A stretch of DNA of 54,311 nucleotides from an uncultured Gemmatimonadaceae bacterium (GTDB lineage Bacteria; Gemmatimonadota; Gemmatimonadetes; Longimicrobiales; RSA9), in NCBI GenBank assembly GCA_964384585.1, contig CAYLME010000001.1:1-54311 (forward strand), in the 5' to 3' direction. The position numbers and the translations under genes were made by a program. The notes under the pieces were generated by a model. That model saw only the letters and a list, made by a program, of their open reading frames with translations, did no database searches and had not been told where the DNA came from. Below are positions 1 to 10,118 of this stretch, in pieces (position 1 is the stretch's first letter; every line of letters starts with the position of its first letter).

Positions 1-890
1 GACATCGCGTGGTTGCGCGCCTCGACCACCGTGGACAGCAGCTCGCGCAGTGTATCGATCTCCTCGGTCAGGCGCTCAAGGTGGTCGCGCAGGTCCTGGA
101 AGTACGGCACCAGCTCGGGTTCGAGCACGATGATGTCACGGCGCAATGCGGTTCCGATCACGTCACGCTCGGGCGCAACGACACGCCGGAACAGGATCAG
201 TTCCCGCCGTACACCGATCAGGTCATCCAGCGCTGAACCGTCACCGGAGATCGTCTCATTCTCGAGGCTCGTCACCTTCTCCGAGAAATCGTGGATGATC
301 GGGAAGTAGTCGTCGACGATCGCGTCGATCAGCCAGTGCACCAGGCTGCCGGTCGTCTTCATCCTGGACGGGAAGCGCTTGCACTGCGCAACCAGCTCCT
401 GCACTTCAGCGATGTGGTAGTGTGAAGCCACGAGGACGAAGTGCGCGCCGATGAACAGGTGCAGCTCGCGGAACGCCACGCGTCGGCGCTCACGGTTTAT
501 TGCAGCGCCATAGAACACCGCGAAGTAGTGCCGTGGATAGCGCTCGATCTTCGGCCGCTGCCGGCCGCGCATCACGTCCTCGACTGCGAGCGGATGCAGC
601 CGCATCTGCTCGCGCATCATGTCGGCCTCGCGCTCTCCCGGCCGGAGCATGTCGACGAGCACGAGCTCGCCAGGGACCGGCGCGGCCCGGATGCGACTCG
701 CCGCCTCGTCGAGGGCAAGCTGGGTGAGCGCATCAGGCGTGAGCAGCCATGCCCGCACTTCTGTCGCGCCCCGCGAACGCGGAGTACGTCCCAGCGACGG
801 TGCGCCACCCTCATGCGACGGGTCCAGCGCTGCAACGTCTACGTCCGGCCGGCCGGGCTCCCGCTTGCGTTCGCTCAGCACTGCCTCCAT
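1..890 (-). CDS. corA: CorA-family Mg2+/Co2+ transporter, 3'-truncated by the window edge (N-terminal cytoplasmic domain only)
   Basis: This gene is absent from the ORF track because it runs off the left edge. Manual reverse translation from the ATG at 890-888 gives MEAVLSERKREPGRPD...LHPLAVEDVMRGRQRPKIERYPRHYFAVFYG...FRELHLFIGAHFVLVASH...LVHWLIDAIVDDYFPIIHDF...LFRRVVAPERDV and stays open to position 1. That is the typical CorA soluble-domain pattern. The TM/GMN part would lie outside the window, and the start codon is uncertain. Confidence 0.7.
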   Translation of the reverse strand, partial: MEAVLSERKREPGRPDVDVAALDPSHEGGAPSLGRTPRSRGATEVRAWLLTPDALTQLALDEAASRIRAAPVPGELVLVDMLRPGEREADMMREQMRLHPLAVEDVMRGRQRPKIERYPRHYFAVFYGAAINRERRRVAFRELHLFIGAHFVLVASHYHIAEVQELVAQCKRFPSRMKTTGSLVHWLIDAIVDDYFPIIHDFSEKVTSLENETISGDGSALDDLIGVRRELILFRRVVAPERDVIGTALRRDIIVLEPELVPYFQDLRDHLERLTEEIDTLRELLSTVVEARNHAM

Positions 891-960
891 GAAGGGTGCG
901 CCTGCGTGGTCTTCAATGATGCATCCGCCGGCGTCGCCCGCGCCATGCGCATACGGCGTG

Positions 961-3900
961 CTACCAGGCTTCGGTGCGACCGTCGGCAGTGAAAAGAAGC
1001 ACCCGCTCGCGCACCGGCTCGCCCGTGATGCGCTCCCAGGCGAGCGCATACAGGTTCACCTGGGCCCGGTACTTCGCACGACGTGCATCGTCGATGCCGC
1101 TGCCCGCAGCGTCGGATTTGTAGTCCACGATCGTCCAGCCATCCGGTTCGCGGAACGCGAGGTCGAGCACGCCCTCGATGATCTCGCGCGGCCGGGCATC
1201 GGCATCCGCGGTATCGGTGTCTGTGTCGCCCGCAAGGGCCGCGTACTCCGCGCCGCTCATCATCAGGGCGAACGATGCTTCGATCTGCAGGATGTCCGCC
1301 GCCCGCGCCCGCTGCCATAGTGGTGCCGCCCGCACGGCCTGGACGATGCCCAGCAGCTCTTCGAGCTCTGCCGGCTCGCCACGCTCGTCCACCGGGCGCT
1401 CGGCCGCGAGCAGCAGACTGCGCGCGCGGGCGCGCAGTGCGTTGCCCTCGGTTCCCCGCATCGCCGCTTCCAGCGCACCGTGCACGGCGCTGCCCCATTC
1501 GACGCCTCTGCCGGAAGGCCCCCTGCCCCTGCGCACGGCCTGCAGCTCGTAGTCGCTCAGCTCGCCCGCGCGCAGCTTGACCGGTGCCGCGCGGTACGTT
1601 GGCAGCGCGCGCGTGCGGCGACGCTCCTCGATCATCGCGACGCGCTGCTGCATCTCTTCCGGCGCGACCTCGAGCACGGCACGCGGCGCCGCCTCGACCA
1701 GCGGCAGCAGCAGCTCGCGACCGTGATCGATCGTCGTCGGGTAGAGCATCCGCCAGGGCGACTTCTTTACTTCCTTGTCCGGCGGCAGCGAGACGATCAA
1801 CTCGTCCTCGGCGCGGGTGGCCGCGACGTAGAGCAATCGCACGTCCTCGGCTTCGGCGAACTCGCGCTCGCGCGCCTCCAGGTCCGGCCACTGCTCGGGC
1901 TGCGCGTGGATCCGCACCTTGTAGTTTTCCCGCTCCGCCACCCGCAGCCAGCCAACGGCATGGCCGTCACGGTTACGCTCGATGTGCGACTGGATGGGCG
2001 CGTCCCACTCGCCGAACGGCGCGGCCAGGATCACGACCGGCGCTTCCAGCCCCTTCGCCTTGTGCAGCGTCATCAGCCGGACCACGTCCGCGCGGCCCGG
2101 CCGGAGCGGCGCTTCGCCGTCATCGTCGTCGAACGCGGCTTCCAGCGCGGAGAGCGCCGCACTGAGCGACGCATCGCCACGCGCGGCCGCGGCGCGCAGC
2201 GTGTCGAGCAGAAAGAGAACCGCGCCCGCGCGCGTCTCGCCCAGGTCACCGGCCGCGGCGTGCGGCAGCAGTCCGAGCTCATCGATGATGCGCCCGACAG
2301 CAATGTCCGCGGGCTCGATCACCATGGAGTGCCACCAGCGACGCAGGCTGCGCAACGCATCGGCGACGGCGCGCTCGTCTTCGGTCACGAGTGTCGCCTC
2401 GTCAGGGACGAGCTTCAGGAACTCGAGCGAGCGGCGCGTTTCTGTCTCGTTTCCGACGGGGCCGAGCACGTACGCCGCGATGCGGTCATAGTCGAGACCG
2501 AAGAACAGGCCGACGAGGGCGGCGAGCGTCCTGGTCGGATCACCGGGATCCTCGAGCGCACGGAGCAGGATCAGCAGTTCTTCCAGTTCGCGCTCGATGC
2601 CGACGCCGCCGCCACTCACCTGCACCGGCACTCCACGCGCTTCCAGAGCGCGTGCGTACGCGCTCAGGAACTTGTTCATGCGCGTCAGGACGAGGAAATC
2701 ACCCGGTTTGCGCTCACCGCGCCGGATACGCTCCGCTACCCAGTGCGCGATACGCTCCGGATCATCACGCTCCATGACACGGCGGCCGCTCTCGCCGCCG
2801 TCGTCGAGCAGGTACCAGCGCACACCCGCACCTGCGGCAGAGCCCTTCTGCGCATTCATCAGTGCGAAGGCGGCCTGCGTCTCGGTTTCCTGCGGCGGAA
2901 AGGCACCGTTGAATGTCGCGTTGACGAACCCCGCGATTGCAGGACGCGAACGGAAATTCGCCGTCAGCTCCACGACCTCGCCGTGCTCGCGCAGCCGCTG
3001 CTTCACCTGGTTGTAGATCGTGATGTCCGCGCGCCGGAACCGGTAGATGCTCTGCTTCGGGTCACCGACGACGAAGAGCGAGCCGGGTCGCGGTATCGCG
3101 CGCGTCCAGTCCGCTGCCCCGTCCGATTCCGGGACGTCCGCGCCCGCGGCGAGGAGGAAGACGACCTCCGCCTGTATCGGATCCGTGTCCTGGAACTCGT
3201 CCACGAGCAGGTAGCGGTAGCGATCGCTCAGGTCTGCACGCGCCCGTCTGTGTTCGCGCAGCAGCTTCGCCGCGAACATCAGCAGGTCCTGGAACGTGAG
3301 CAGCGCCTCGCGCTCGCGATGTTCCCTGAACGCGTCGGCCGCACGAAGCGCGAAGCGCAGCGCGATCGGGTAGCGGTGCGCGCGCCACGCGCGGATCGTG
3401 CGCTCGAGCACGCCACCTTCGGCCATCATCACGGCGTAGTCCTCGAAGAGCGCCTTCGCCTGTGCCTTGCCCGCTGCATCGTCGGCCCACCGCTTCTGGA
3501 CCTTCTTCGGAGACGATGGCAGGTCGAGCAGCGCGTTCAGGAAGTCGATCGGATCGTCCCAGCCCACGATGTAGCGATGATAGCGAAGGCGCCGTACCGC
3601 CTGCTGGACGCCGTCCCACCCGTCTTCGGGCTCATCACGGGGGATCAGGCGCTGCGCCTCGTCGAGCCAGCGCTCGAGTGCGCGGCGCGGTTGATCGACG
3701 TCGGGCGGGTCGGATTCCAGTGCGTCGAAGGTCACGTCGGGCTGTTCGACCAGTGTCGTGAACAGGTCGAACAGCTGGTTCGGGCGGAGTCCCGCATGGT
3801 TCAGCGCGACGAGCTGCGGATCACCGTCGGCTGCCAGGCGGTCGAGGTGTGTGTGCCAGAACTTGACCGCGAGCTGCCCCTGTTCGGCGGCCTGCAACTC

Positions 3901-4392
3901 GCGAAAGCCGGGGTCGATGCCGGCTTCGACCGGTCGTTCGCGCAGCAGACGTGCGCAGAAGGCATGGATGGTTCCGATGAACGCGCGATCGATCTCGCGC
4001 AGTGCCTGCTCCAGCATGTCCGCCGTCGCAACGTCGCCCTGCGCACGTGCGGTACGCAGCGACACTTCGACCTGCGTCTGGAACCGCTCGCGCAGTTCGG
4101 CAGCCGCCTTTCGCGTGAACGTGACCGCAGCCACTTCCGTCACCGGCACACCGCCCAGCACGAGCGCGAGCATGCGGTTCACCATTTCCGTCGTCTTGCC
4201 CGCGCCGGCGCCTGCCTCGACCAGCATGTTCCGATCGAGCACGCGCTGTATGCGGGCCCTTGCCGCACCGTCGGGCAGCCGCGCGAGTTCTTCGTCGGAC
4301 GGGAGGATGCTCTCCGCGGCCGCAGACTGTATCGGTACCGGCGCGACCACGCCCGGCCAAAGGCTGAGCTGACCCGGCAGCTCTTTCATCAC
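961..4392 (-). CDS. addA: UvrD/Rep-family helicase with C-terminal PD-(D/E)XK nuclease (AddA-type helicase-nuclease subunit)
   Basis: The ORF is 1143 aa. It has a Walker A motif (EAGAGAGKTT), UvrD motifs (LLVDEFQDTDP, VGDPKQSIYRFRRAD, TLHKAKGLEAPVV, LLYVAATRAEDEL) and a C-terminal RecB-type nuclease motif (IVDYKSD). Its start overlaps the stop of the upstream AddB-like gene by 4 nt. Confidence 0.85.
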   Translation of the reverse strand: MMKELPGQLSLWPGVVAPVPIQSAAAESILPSDEELARLPDGAARARIQRVLDRNMLVEAGAGAGKTTEMVNRMLALVLGGVPVTEVAAVTFTRKAAAELRERFQTQVEVSLRTARAQGDVATADMLEQALREIDRAFIGTIHAFCARLLRERPVEAGIDPGFRELQAAEQGQLAVKFWHTHLDRLAADGDPQLVALNHAGLRPNQLFDLFTTLVEQPDVTFDALESDPPDVDQPRRALERWLDEAQRLIPRDEPEDGWDGVQQAVRRLRYHRYIVGWDDPIDFLNALLDLPSSPKKVQKRWADDAAGKAQAKALFEDYAVMMAEGGVLERTIRAWRAHRYPIALRFALRAADAFREHREREALLTFQDLLMFAAKLLREHRRARADLSDRYRYLLVDEFQDTDPIQAEVVFLLAAGADVPESDGAADWTRAIPRPGSLFVVGDPKQSIYRFRRADITIYNQVKQRLREHGEVVELTANFRSRPAIAGFVNATFNGAFPPQETETQAAFALMNAQKGSAAGAGVRWYLLDDGGESGRRVMERDDPERIAHWVAERIRRGERKPGDFLVLTRMNKFLSAYARALEARGVPVQVSGGGVGIERELEELLILLRALEDPGDPTRTLAALVGLFFGLDYDRIAAYVLGPVGNETETRRSLEFLKLVPDEATLVTEDERAVADALRSLRRWWHSMVIEPADIAVGRIIDELGLLPHAAAGDLGETRAGAVLFLLDTLRAAAARGDASLSAALSALEAAFDDDDGEAPLRPGRADVVRLMTLHKAKGLEAPVVILAAPFGEWDAPIQSHIERNRDGHAVGWLRVAERENYKVRIHAQPEQWPDLEAREREFAEAEDVRLLYVAATRAEDELIVSLPPDKEVKKSPWRMLYPTTIDHGRELLLPLVEAAPRAVLEVAPEEMQQRVAMIEERRRTRALPTYRAAPVKLRAGELSDYELQAVRRGRGPSGRGVEWGSAVHGALEAAMRGTEGNALRARARSLLLAAERPVDERGEPAELEELLGIVQAVRAAPLWQRARAADILQIEASFALMMSGAEYAALAGDTDTDTADADARPREIIEGVLDLAFREPDGWTIVDYKSDAAGSGIDDARRAKYRAQVNLYALAWERITGEPVRERVLLFTADGRTEAW

Positions 4393-7300
4393 CAGTCTCT
4401 CCGGAGCGTGCGCAGCGCATGCATTGCTTCCTCATCCCCCTCGAGCAGGCGACTGCTCCGCTCCGCAGGCGGCGACATGGTCTTGTCGCCGGTCCGGACA
4501 CGACACACGCTCGCATAGTCGCAGAAGCGACAGTCTTCGCTGTTTTCGGTCGGGACGAACCAGCCACGGCCCGCCATCGCGAGCAGGTGTTCGATGAGCC
4601 GCGCCGAATCCGCGATATCCGCACGCGTATAGACCACGCGCTCGTTCTCGCCACGTACGCCGGGGAAATGATACTCGACCAGCGTGACGTCGCCGTCGTG
4701 CAGTGACTCCGCGCCCGCCTGGTAGAACGCGTGCTGCAGTCGGCGTCCGCCGTCGTATGTGCGGGTCTCCTTGCGGAACGGGAACGTGCTCCCCGTCTTG
4801 TAGTCCACGACAGCGAGCGAGCCATCCTCGAGGCGGTCGATCCTGTCGATCTTGCCGCGGATGCGCAGGGCGCCACCGGGCAGGTCGATCCGCACGGGTG
4901 CGTCGACGCCGAATGCCGCCTCGAGCGCGATCCACTCGCGCGGATGCTCGAACAGCATGCTGACGAAAGCGCGCACGTCCGCCTCGAGCGCGCGTCGCTC
5001 CGCCTCGAACACGGCCGGCCCCGGCGGTGGCTGCTCGTCCTGCAGCCGCGTAAGCACCTCGTGGAGCACGCGCGTTGCCACGGCGCCCAGCGTGCTGCGC
5101 TCCTGTTCCGTAGGCGCCAGCGGGTCCGCTGGCAGCCTCTGCCCGCGTGCGTCGCGCAGCGTATGCTCGAACACTTCGTGCAACGCCGAGCCGCGCTCGA
5201 GCGGGTTCAGCCATCGCCCGGGCTTCGCTTCCGGATCCTCCGGTGCACGCACACCCAGTACATACTGCATCAGGTAGCGGTGCGGGCAGGCGCCAAGCAC
5301 CTGCAGCCGTGATGCGGACACGGCCGCGTCGTTCGTGCGCGGGTCGAACGAGGGGCGTGGCTGTAACACGCCGTGATACGGTGATGGCACATCGAGTGCG
5401 CGCTGCGCGTCGGCATGCAGGCCGCGTGCGAGCGCGGGATACGCGTCGGCCACCGCTGCCTCGCCGCGACGCAGCACGCCATCATCATCCAGTGCGTCCA
5501 GCCACATGTCGCCGGCATCGAGCTGGGCGCATTGCGGTACCGCGGACGCGTGCGGCGTGAGGGCTTTCCCCATTGCCTTGTAGTCCGCGGTCGGATCGCC
5601 CGAGCGCAGGCGGAACGCCTGGAGCAGTTCTGCCGACGGCGCGACGGCCCGTCCTTCCGCAGCGTTCCATGCCGCGTAGCTGACCGTGATCGTGCCACGC
5701 AGGCGCGCGAGTGCAGCGGCGAGGGCGTAACGACGCTCTTCGATGCGCTCGGCCGAGGTCGGCAGCGGCGGCACGTCCTCATCGGGCGCGAGTCGCCGCC
5801 GATCCGCATCGCCCAGCAGTACGTCGGTGGACGTGACGTCCGGGAAGCGACCTGCATCGAGGCCCACGATGAACGTCAGTCGGCGGCCCGAGCGTCCCGC
5901 GCCATCGATGTCCGTGAAGTGCAGCCGCCCACCCGAACTGACCCACGGTGCGCGGCCGCCCGTCTCGGGGGCGGGCACCCGCTCGTCCAGCTTCTCGAGG
6001 AACGTGGCGATTGCCGCGCGCAGCGAAATCTCACGATCGAGCGTCGCCTCGATGCGACGAAGTCGCTCGAGCATCCGATCACGCGCCGCCCGATCCACTT
6101 CGTGGTCTGCACGGCTCATCTCGAGCAGCACCCGTGCTCCTCGCGCGAGTGCGGCAGGTGACGTGCGCTGGCTGCCCGACGTCGCATCCTCGAGTTTCGG
6201 TACGGCCTCGATCAGGGGACGCAACATCGATTGCAGTGCGAGCAGCTGGCGGCGCTCGCGTTCGCGGTACTGCTCGAGCTCCTCCGGCGAACGCTCCTGC
6301 TCTTCGTCAGGCGGATGTGCGAGTGCATGCAGGGCGCCGCGGATCGTGTCCAGGTAACGATTGCGGCCGCGGCCGATGCGCAGACGTCGCAGCCTGCGCG
6401 CCAGCGTCGGGCCGGTCGGCACGCCGTCGCCTGGTGGCTGGATCTCGCTGCGCTCGATGAGCCCGCGGATCACGTCCTCGCGGTAGTCCTCCTCGATCCA
6501 GCGCACATATGCCGCGAGTACGCGACCGGGCAGCGTGCGCGTCACCGGAAGGCCCTGGGCGTAGCCAATCGGCACATCGAGACGACGCGCGAGTGCGTCG
6601 AGTGCAATCGCGTACGTGGAGGGATCCGTAGCCGCGATCTCTGCTTCGTCCCAGTGCGCACCACTGCGGATGATGCGGCGCAGCACCTCGCGCAGCTCGC
6701 TCTCGATCGAGGTCGCGGCGTAGAGGTGCAGCTGTGTGGCGGGGGCGGGCGCGTCAGCAGGTGCCTGCAGCCATGAAAGCGACGTCACGGCGGCATCGCG
6801 CTCCGCGTGCAGCTGCGCGCGTGGAACTTCGAGACCCTTGACCGTATCGTCAGGCAGAATCACTGCGCCCCGATCTACCAGCCGCCGCAGCAATGCGCCC
6901 GAAATGCCGCGCTGGTTCTGCCCGGGCACGATCAGCACCCGCGCGGCGGGAAGACGTCCCGCTTCGTCGAGTGCGGCACGCGCGTGCGCGAACAGATCGG
7001 CGGCATCCAGCGAGCGCCGTGCGGTGCGCGCCGCTTCGTACACGTCGAGAGCACCGGCCAGGATGTCCGCCCGGGCGGGATCGGCAAGATGGCGGCGCAC
7101 CGCACGCGCCTCGATCCCGGCCAGCCGCAGTGCCTGCACGGACTGCGTCAGCGCGCGCCGCAGTCCCACGCCTTCGGCCAGGGCTGCGTAGAGCGACGCA
7201 GCACCCTTCCGCTGCAGCACCTCGTCGATCGCAGCATCGATCAGCGCCTGCTCATCGAATTCGTCGAGGAGCGTCCGCTCTTCCGTGAGCGCGGCCGGCA

Positions 7301-7505
7301 CCAGGTCCAGCGCCAGCCGCTTCGGCGTCGTCGGCTGAAAGCCGATCCACGGCACGCCGGCAGACGCCAGCGCGCGCAGCAGCTCGAGGCCTTCGCCGTG
7401 CCGCCTGCACACGAGCAGCTTGCGTTCGAGCGGCCGGGCGCGCGCCTCGTCTGCGAGCGCGCACAGCAGAAGCGAGTGCCTTGCAGGGTCGAGCGACTGC
7501 TTCAT
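4389..7505 (-). CDS. addB: AddB-type PD-(D/E)XK nuclease subunit with an Fe-S cluster cysteine set (inactive helicase-like N-terminus)
   Basis: The C-terminal nuclease motif is AVVDYKTG. The cysteines fit the AddB iron-staple pattern: one in LGACPHRYL plus CRFCDYASVC (C-x2-C-x5-C). There is no Walker A. I prefer the start at the internal ATG at 7505 (MKQSLDP...), but the ORF-track start at 7625 cannot be excluded. Confidence 0.75.
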   Translation of the reverse strand: MKQSLDPARHSLLLCALADEARARPLERKLLVCRRHGEGLELLRALASAGVPWIGFQPTTPKRLALDLVPAALTEERTLLDEFDEQALIDAAIDEVLQRKGAASLYAALAEGVGLRRALTQSVQALRLAGIEARAVRRHLADPARADILAGALDVYEAARTARRSLDAADLFAHARAALDEAGRLPAARVLIVPGQNQRGISGALLRRLVDRGAVILPDDTVKGLEVPRAQLHAERDAAVTSLSWLQAPADAPAPATQLHLYAATSIESELREVLRRIIRSGAHWDEAEIAATDPSTYAIALDALARRLDVPIGYAQGLPVTRTLPGRVLAAYVRWIEEDYREDVIRGLIERSEIQPPGDGVPTGPTLARRLRRLRIGRGRNRYLDTIRGALHALAHPPDEEQERSPEELEQYRERERRQLLALQSMLRPLIEAVPKLEDATSGSQRTSPAALARGARVLLEMSRADHEVDRAARDRMLERLRRIEATLDREISLRAAIATFLEKLDERVPAPETGGRAPWVSSGGRLHFTDIDGAGRSGRRLTFIVGLDAGRFPDVTSTDVLLGDADRRRLAPDEDVPPLPTSAERIEERRYALAAALARLRGTITVSYAAWNAAEGRAVAPSAELLQAFRLRSGDPTADYKAMGKALTPHASAVPQCAQLDAGDMWLDALDDDGVLRRGEAAVADAYPALARGLHADAQRALDVPSPYHGVLQPRPSFDPRTNDAAVSASRLQVLGACPHRYLMQYVLGVRAPEDPEAKPGRWLNPLERGSALHEVFEHTLRDARGQRLPADPLAPTEQERSTLGAVATRVLHEVLTRLQDEQPPPGPAVFEAERRALEADVRAFVSMLFEHPREWIALEAAFGVDAPVRIDLPGGALRIRGKIDRIDRLEDGSLAVVDYKTGSTFPFRKETRTYDGGRRLQHAFYQAGAESLHDGDVTLVEYHFPGVRGENERVVYTRADIADSARLIEHLLAMAGRGWFVPTENSEDCRFCDYASVCRVRTGDKTMSPPAERSSRLLEGDEEAMHALRTLRRDW

Positions 7506-7848
7506 CCCGATCAGCCGTCCCAGGTCAGTGCGTGCCCGCGTGCGGCCGCGGTCCGGTGCTTCATCCCGTACGTCTCCCGTTCGAAAGTGGCGCCGGCACC
7601 GCGGTGACGTCCGCCCGGCCGACAACAGACCCGCCTACAGTAGCCATGTCGAACACCCCGGTCGACCCCGTCAGCAACATGAAGAATTCGTCATCTGGCG
7701 TTCACATCCACGTCATTGACCCTGGTGCATTTTGTTCTCGCAAGACAATGCAATGGCGACCCCCGGCAGTTGCTGCAGTGACGAGGCTGCAGCGTCGGCG
7801 ATGGGGCCGGACTGCCGGGGAGCCAGACACAACCGTCAAGGGGAGACA

Positions 7849-8370
7849 ATGTTCAAGCGTATCGTGATGTTCAGCGGGCTGGCCCTGGTACTGACCACTG
7901 CTTCTGCCCAGGCTCAGTCCACTACGGCAGCCGTCAGCATCCAGATCAACCCCGTGCTTGCGATCAGCAGTGACGGCGCGTTTACCTTCCCGGTCGCCGG
8001 CGACACCGAGTACGAGGCCGGCGAGGTCGTGTCGACCGCCGGTCCGTCGCTGACACACCGCGGCAACGTGCCCTACGTGATCACGGTCGCGGCACAGTCT
8101 GGTACCGCCTTTTCGTTCACGCCGTCGGCGGGTCGCACGGACGTGGACCCCGGCAAGCCCGTCAGCGACCTGACGATCACGGGTGACTTCGGCGGTACGT
8201 CGGCGAGCGCGGCCGTGGGCGCCGCGGGCTCTGCGAACAACCTGTGGACCCGCCCTGCTCGCGGCGGCAACATCGTCAGCCCGATCAGCGCGAGCATGGC
8301 GATGGGCTACGACAGCACGCCGCCGGGAACGTACGAGACGACTGTCGTCTTCACGATGGTCGCACAGTAA
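7849..8370 (+). CDS. secreted hypothetical protein (beta-rich; possible SCPU/DUF4402-like fold, unverified)
   Basis: The ATG at 7849 is preceded by the RBS AAGGGGAG. There is a signal peptide, MFKRIVMFSGLALVLTTASAQAQS. The composition is G/T/S/A-rich and the C-terminus is PGTYETTVVFTMVAQ. A clear terminator follows the gene. Confidence 0.6.
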   Translation: MFKRIVMFSGLALVLTTASAQAQSTTAAVSIQINPVLAISSDGAFTFPVAGDTEYEAGEVVSTAGPSLTHRGNVPYVITVAAQSGTAFSFTPSAGRTDVDPGKPVSDLTITGDFGGTSASAAVGAAGSANNLWTRPARGGNIVSPISASMAMGYDSTPPGTYETTVVFTMVAQ

Positions 8371-8394
8371 GGCGGACAGAAGTCTCCCCGCCTG

Positions 8395-8429
8395 CGGGCG
8401 CTCCGGCAACGGGGCGCCCGTTTTCTTTG
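8395..8429 (+). terminator. rho-independent terminator after the secreted-protein gene
   Basis: The stem CGGGCGC (8395-8401) pairs with GCGCCCG (8414-8420) and is followed by TTTTCTTTG. Confidence 0.6.
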
Positions 8430-8519
8430 CTCTTGCGATTGCGGCCCCGTTGCGCAACGTTCTGTGCGCTGTTCCTCTCGTGTCGGTCCTGATGCGATGC
8501 CACTCAGCGGAGCCGAGCC

Positions 8520-8906
8520 GTGGCTGAAGAAGGCCGCAGCACACAGTCTGCCTGCACGATCCTGATCGTCGACGACGAGCCGGCGATCCGCACCCTTGCT
8601 GCGCGCCTGCTGCGTGACGCCGGCCATGAGGTCATCGAGGCGTCGAGCGGTGACGAGGCGATCGAAGTCGCGGCCGGCCGTGAACTCGATCTGGTGCTGA
8701 CCGATGTCCTCATGCGCGGGATGACCGGGGCCACACTGGCCGAGCGACTGCGCGCCGAACGCCCCGGCCTGCGCGTGCTCTTCATGTCCGGCTATCCGCC
8801 GAAGCAGGTTGGTATCGACCCTGCCACGAGCGGCGACGGCTTCCTCGAAAAGCCGTTCGCTCCATCCGAACTGCACGCCCTGGTGAACCGCACGCTGGGG
8901 CGCTGA
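8520..8906 (+). CDS. single-domain response regulator (CheY-like receiver only)
   Basis: Receiver-domain motifs are present: ILIVDDEPAIR...LDLVLTDVLMRGMTG...VLFMSGY...KPF. The gene has a GTG start. There is no output domain, and no histidine kinase is present in the window. Confidence 0.85.
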   Translation: MAEEGRSTQSACTILIVDDEPAIRTLAARLLRDAGHEVIEASSGDEAIEVAAGRELDLVLTDVLMRGMTGATLAERLRAERPGLRVLFMSGYPPKQVGIDPATSGDGFLEKPFAPSELHALVNRTLGR

Positions 8907-8919
8907 AGCAGCGCCGGAC

Positions 8920-10032
8920 CTAGCGCAGGTGCACCCACGCCAGCAGCGGGAAGTGGTCCGATCCATAGGTGCCGGGTAGCCGCCGGTAGCCGCTGACCCG
9001 GCCGTCGTCGATCCGGAAGAACAGGTAATCCAGGTACATCCGCAGCACGCCGCCGGCCTGCTGATAGGTCGGACCCGAAGGGATCGACGGGGTGTCCGGA
9101 TACGCATCCCGCGCTCGCCAGATCACGACCTCGTCGGGACCGCGCATCCACGTGTTCATGTCGCCGCCGAGCACGGCGAGACTGCTGTCCGGCAACGCGC
9201 CCAGGAGCCACTCGAACTGCTCGTAGCGGGCCCGTTCCGGGTTGCGGGCGCCATCCGGACGATTCTCCAGGTGGACACTGGCCACGTGCATGTGCCACGA
9301 CTCGCCCGCGGAGGTGCGTCCGGACACCACGCCTGCGGGGACGACCCGGCGCTGACGGACTACGGGCAGCTCGTACGCGGACGCGTCCGAGAACGGCAGG
9401 CTGGTGACGATCGCGCTGCCGCGGTCCTCGCGCGCCGCCAGCCCCGCCTGCGCGCCGTTGCGCATTGACGGGGCGTACAGCACGCTCAGCTCCGGGTGCC
9501 GCTCGGCCCATACCGCGATGTCCGTCCGGGTGCCGCCGGCCGGCTCTTCCTCGATGCTGCTCGCATACAGCATGTCCCCGCTCAGCGCCGGCACGTTCGC
9601 AGCGCTCCGGTAGACTTCCTGCAGCAGCAGCACGAAGTGATGGACGGAGTCGCCGTTCGTGAGCCGGCCGGCCCGGACATCATTGATGAACTGCTCGAGC
9701 GCACCACCCCCGACATGGTTGTTCCAGGCGACTACGAGCACGGAGTCGGCGACGGGCAGCGCAGCCTGCACGGAGTCGTCCGGCGTACCCGTGATCCGCG
9801 CGATGTCCGATTCGACCGACCGCTGCGACAGGAACACCGCCGGCCCGACACCCGCACACCAGCGCTGCAACACGGCCTGGTGCGCGCCTGCTTCGGGTAT
9901 GTAGTAGGCCACGGAGCCGGTCCGGCACAGCTCCGGCTCCGCCCTGACCGCCGGATGAAAGCCGGGCGAGCACGCAGCCGCCACCGCAACCACAACGACC
10001 GGCCAGTATCGATCCGTCCAGCAACACTTCAT
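8920..10032 (-). CDS. endonuclease/exonuclease/phosphatase (EEP) family lipoprotein
   Basis: The N-terminus has a lipoprotein signal (VVVAVAAAC). EEP motifs occur in order: VVAWNNH, LLLQEV, LGGDMNTW and the C-terminal GSDHFPLLAWV. Confidence 0.75.
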   Translation of the reverse strand: MKCCWTDRYWPVVVVAVAAACSPGFHPAVRAEPELCRTGSVAYYIPEAGAHQAVLQRWCAGVGPAVFLSQRSVESDIARITGTPDDSVQAALPVADSVLVVAWNNHVGGGALEQFINDVRAGRLTNGDSVHHFVLLLQEVYRSAANVPALSGDMLYASSIEEEPAGGTRTDIAVWAERHPELSVLYAPSMRNGAQAGLAAREDRGSAIVTSLPFSDASAYELPVVRQRRVVPAGVVSGRTSAGESWHMHVASVHLENRPDGARNPERARYEQFEWLLGALPDSSLAVLGGDMNTWMRGPDEVVIWRARDAYPDTPSIPSGPTYQQAGGVLRMYLDYLFFRIDDGRVSGYRRLPGTYGSDHFPLLAWVHLR

Positions 10033-10093
10033 GGCTCCTCACCACCTGTTCCCTTTTGGCGCGACGAACTGCAAGCTTCTCACCAGCGTCGAC

Positions 10094-10118
10094 GGAACCT
10101 CTGCTGCACCGTGGCGTT
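10094..10118 (+). promoter_or_regulatory. candidate ECF-type promoter upstream of msrP (GGAAC-N16-CGTT)
   Basis: GGAAC at 10094-10098 is separated by a 16-nt spacer from CGTT at 10115-10118, about 105 nt upstream of the msrP ATG. This is pattern matching only. Confidence 0.25.

Noticed and set aside
1480-4518. A 1012-aa plus-strand ORF, together with several 100-350-aa ORFs, covering the addA/addB region
   Set aside because: It lies antisense to a gene with unambiguous UvrD helicase and nuclease motifs. Its translation is Arg/Ala/Leu-rich with no recognisable motif, signal or RBS. Long stop-free antisense frames are expected at this GC content.
961-7625. The large helicase-nuclease pair as a possible novel defence system
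   Set aside because: The domain order, the Walker A in only one subunit, the Fe-S cysteine staple and the dual RecB-type nuclease motifs match canonical AddAB double-strand-break processing. No methylase, ATPase, TIR, Sir2 or other defence partners are adjacent. I consider this housekeeping recombination repair.
7626-7848. The AT-richer spacer upstream of the secreted-protein gene, with a GCTGCAG...CTGCAGC hairpin around 7771-7792
   Set aside because: The 7-bp stem is built on PstI-type palindromes. No T-tract, no recognisable riboswitch features and no repeat partner are present, which is insufficient to call a regulatory element.
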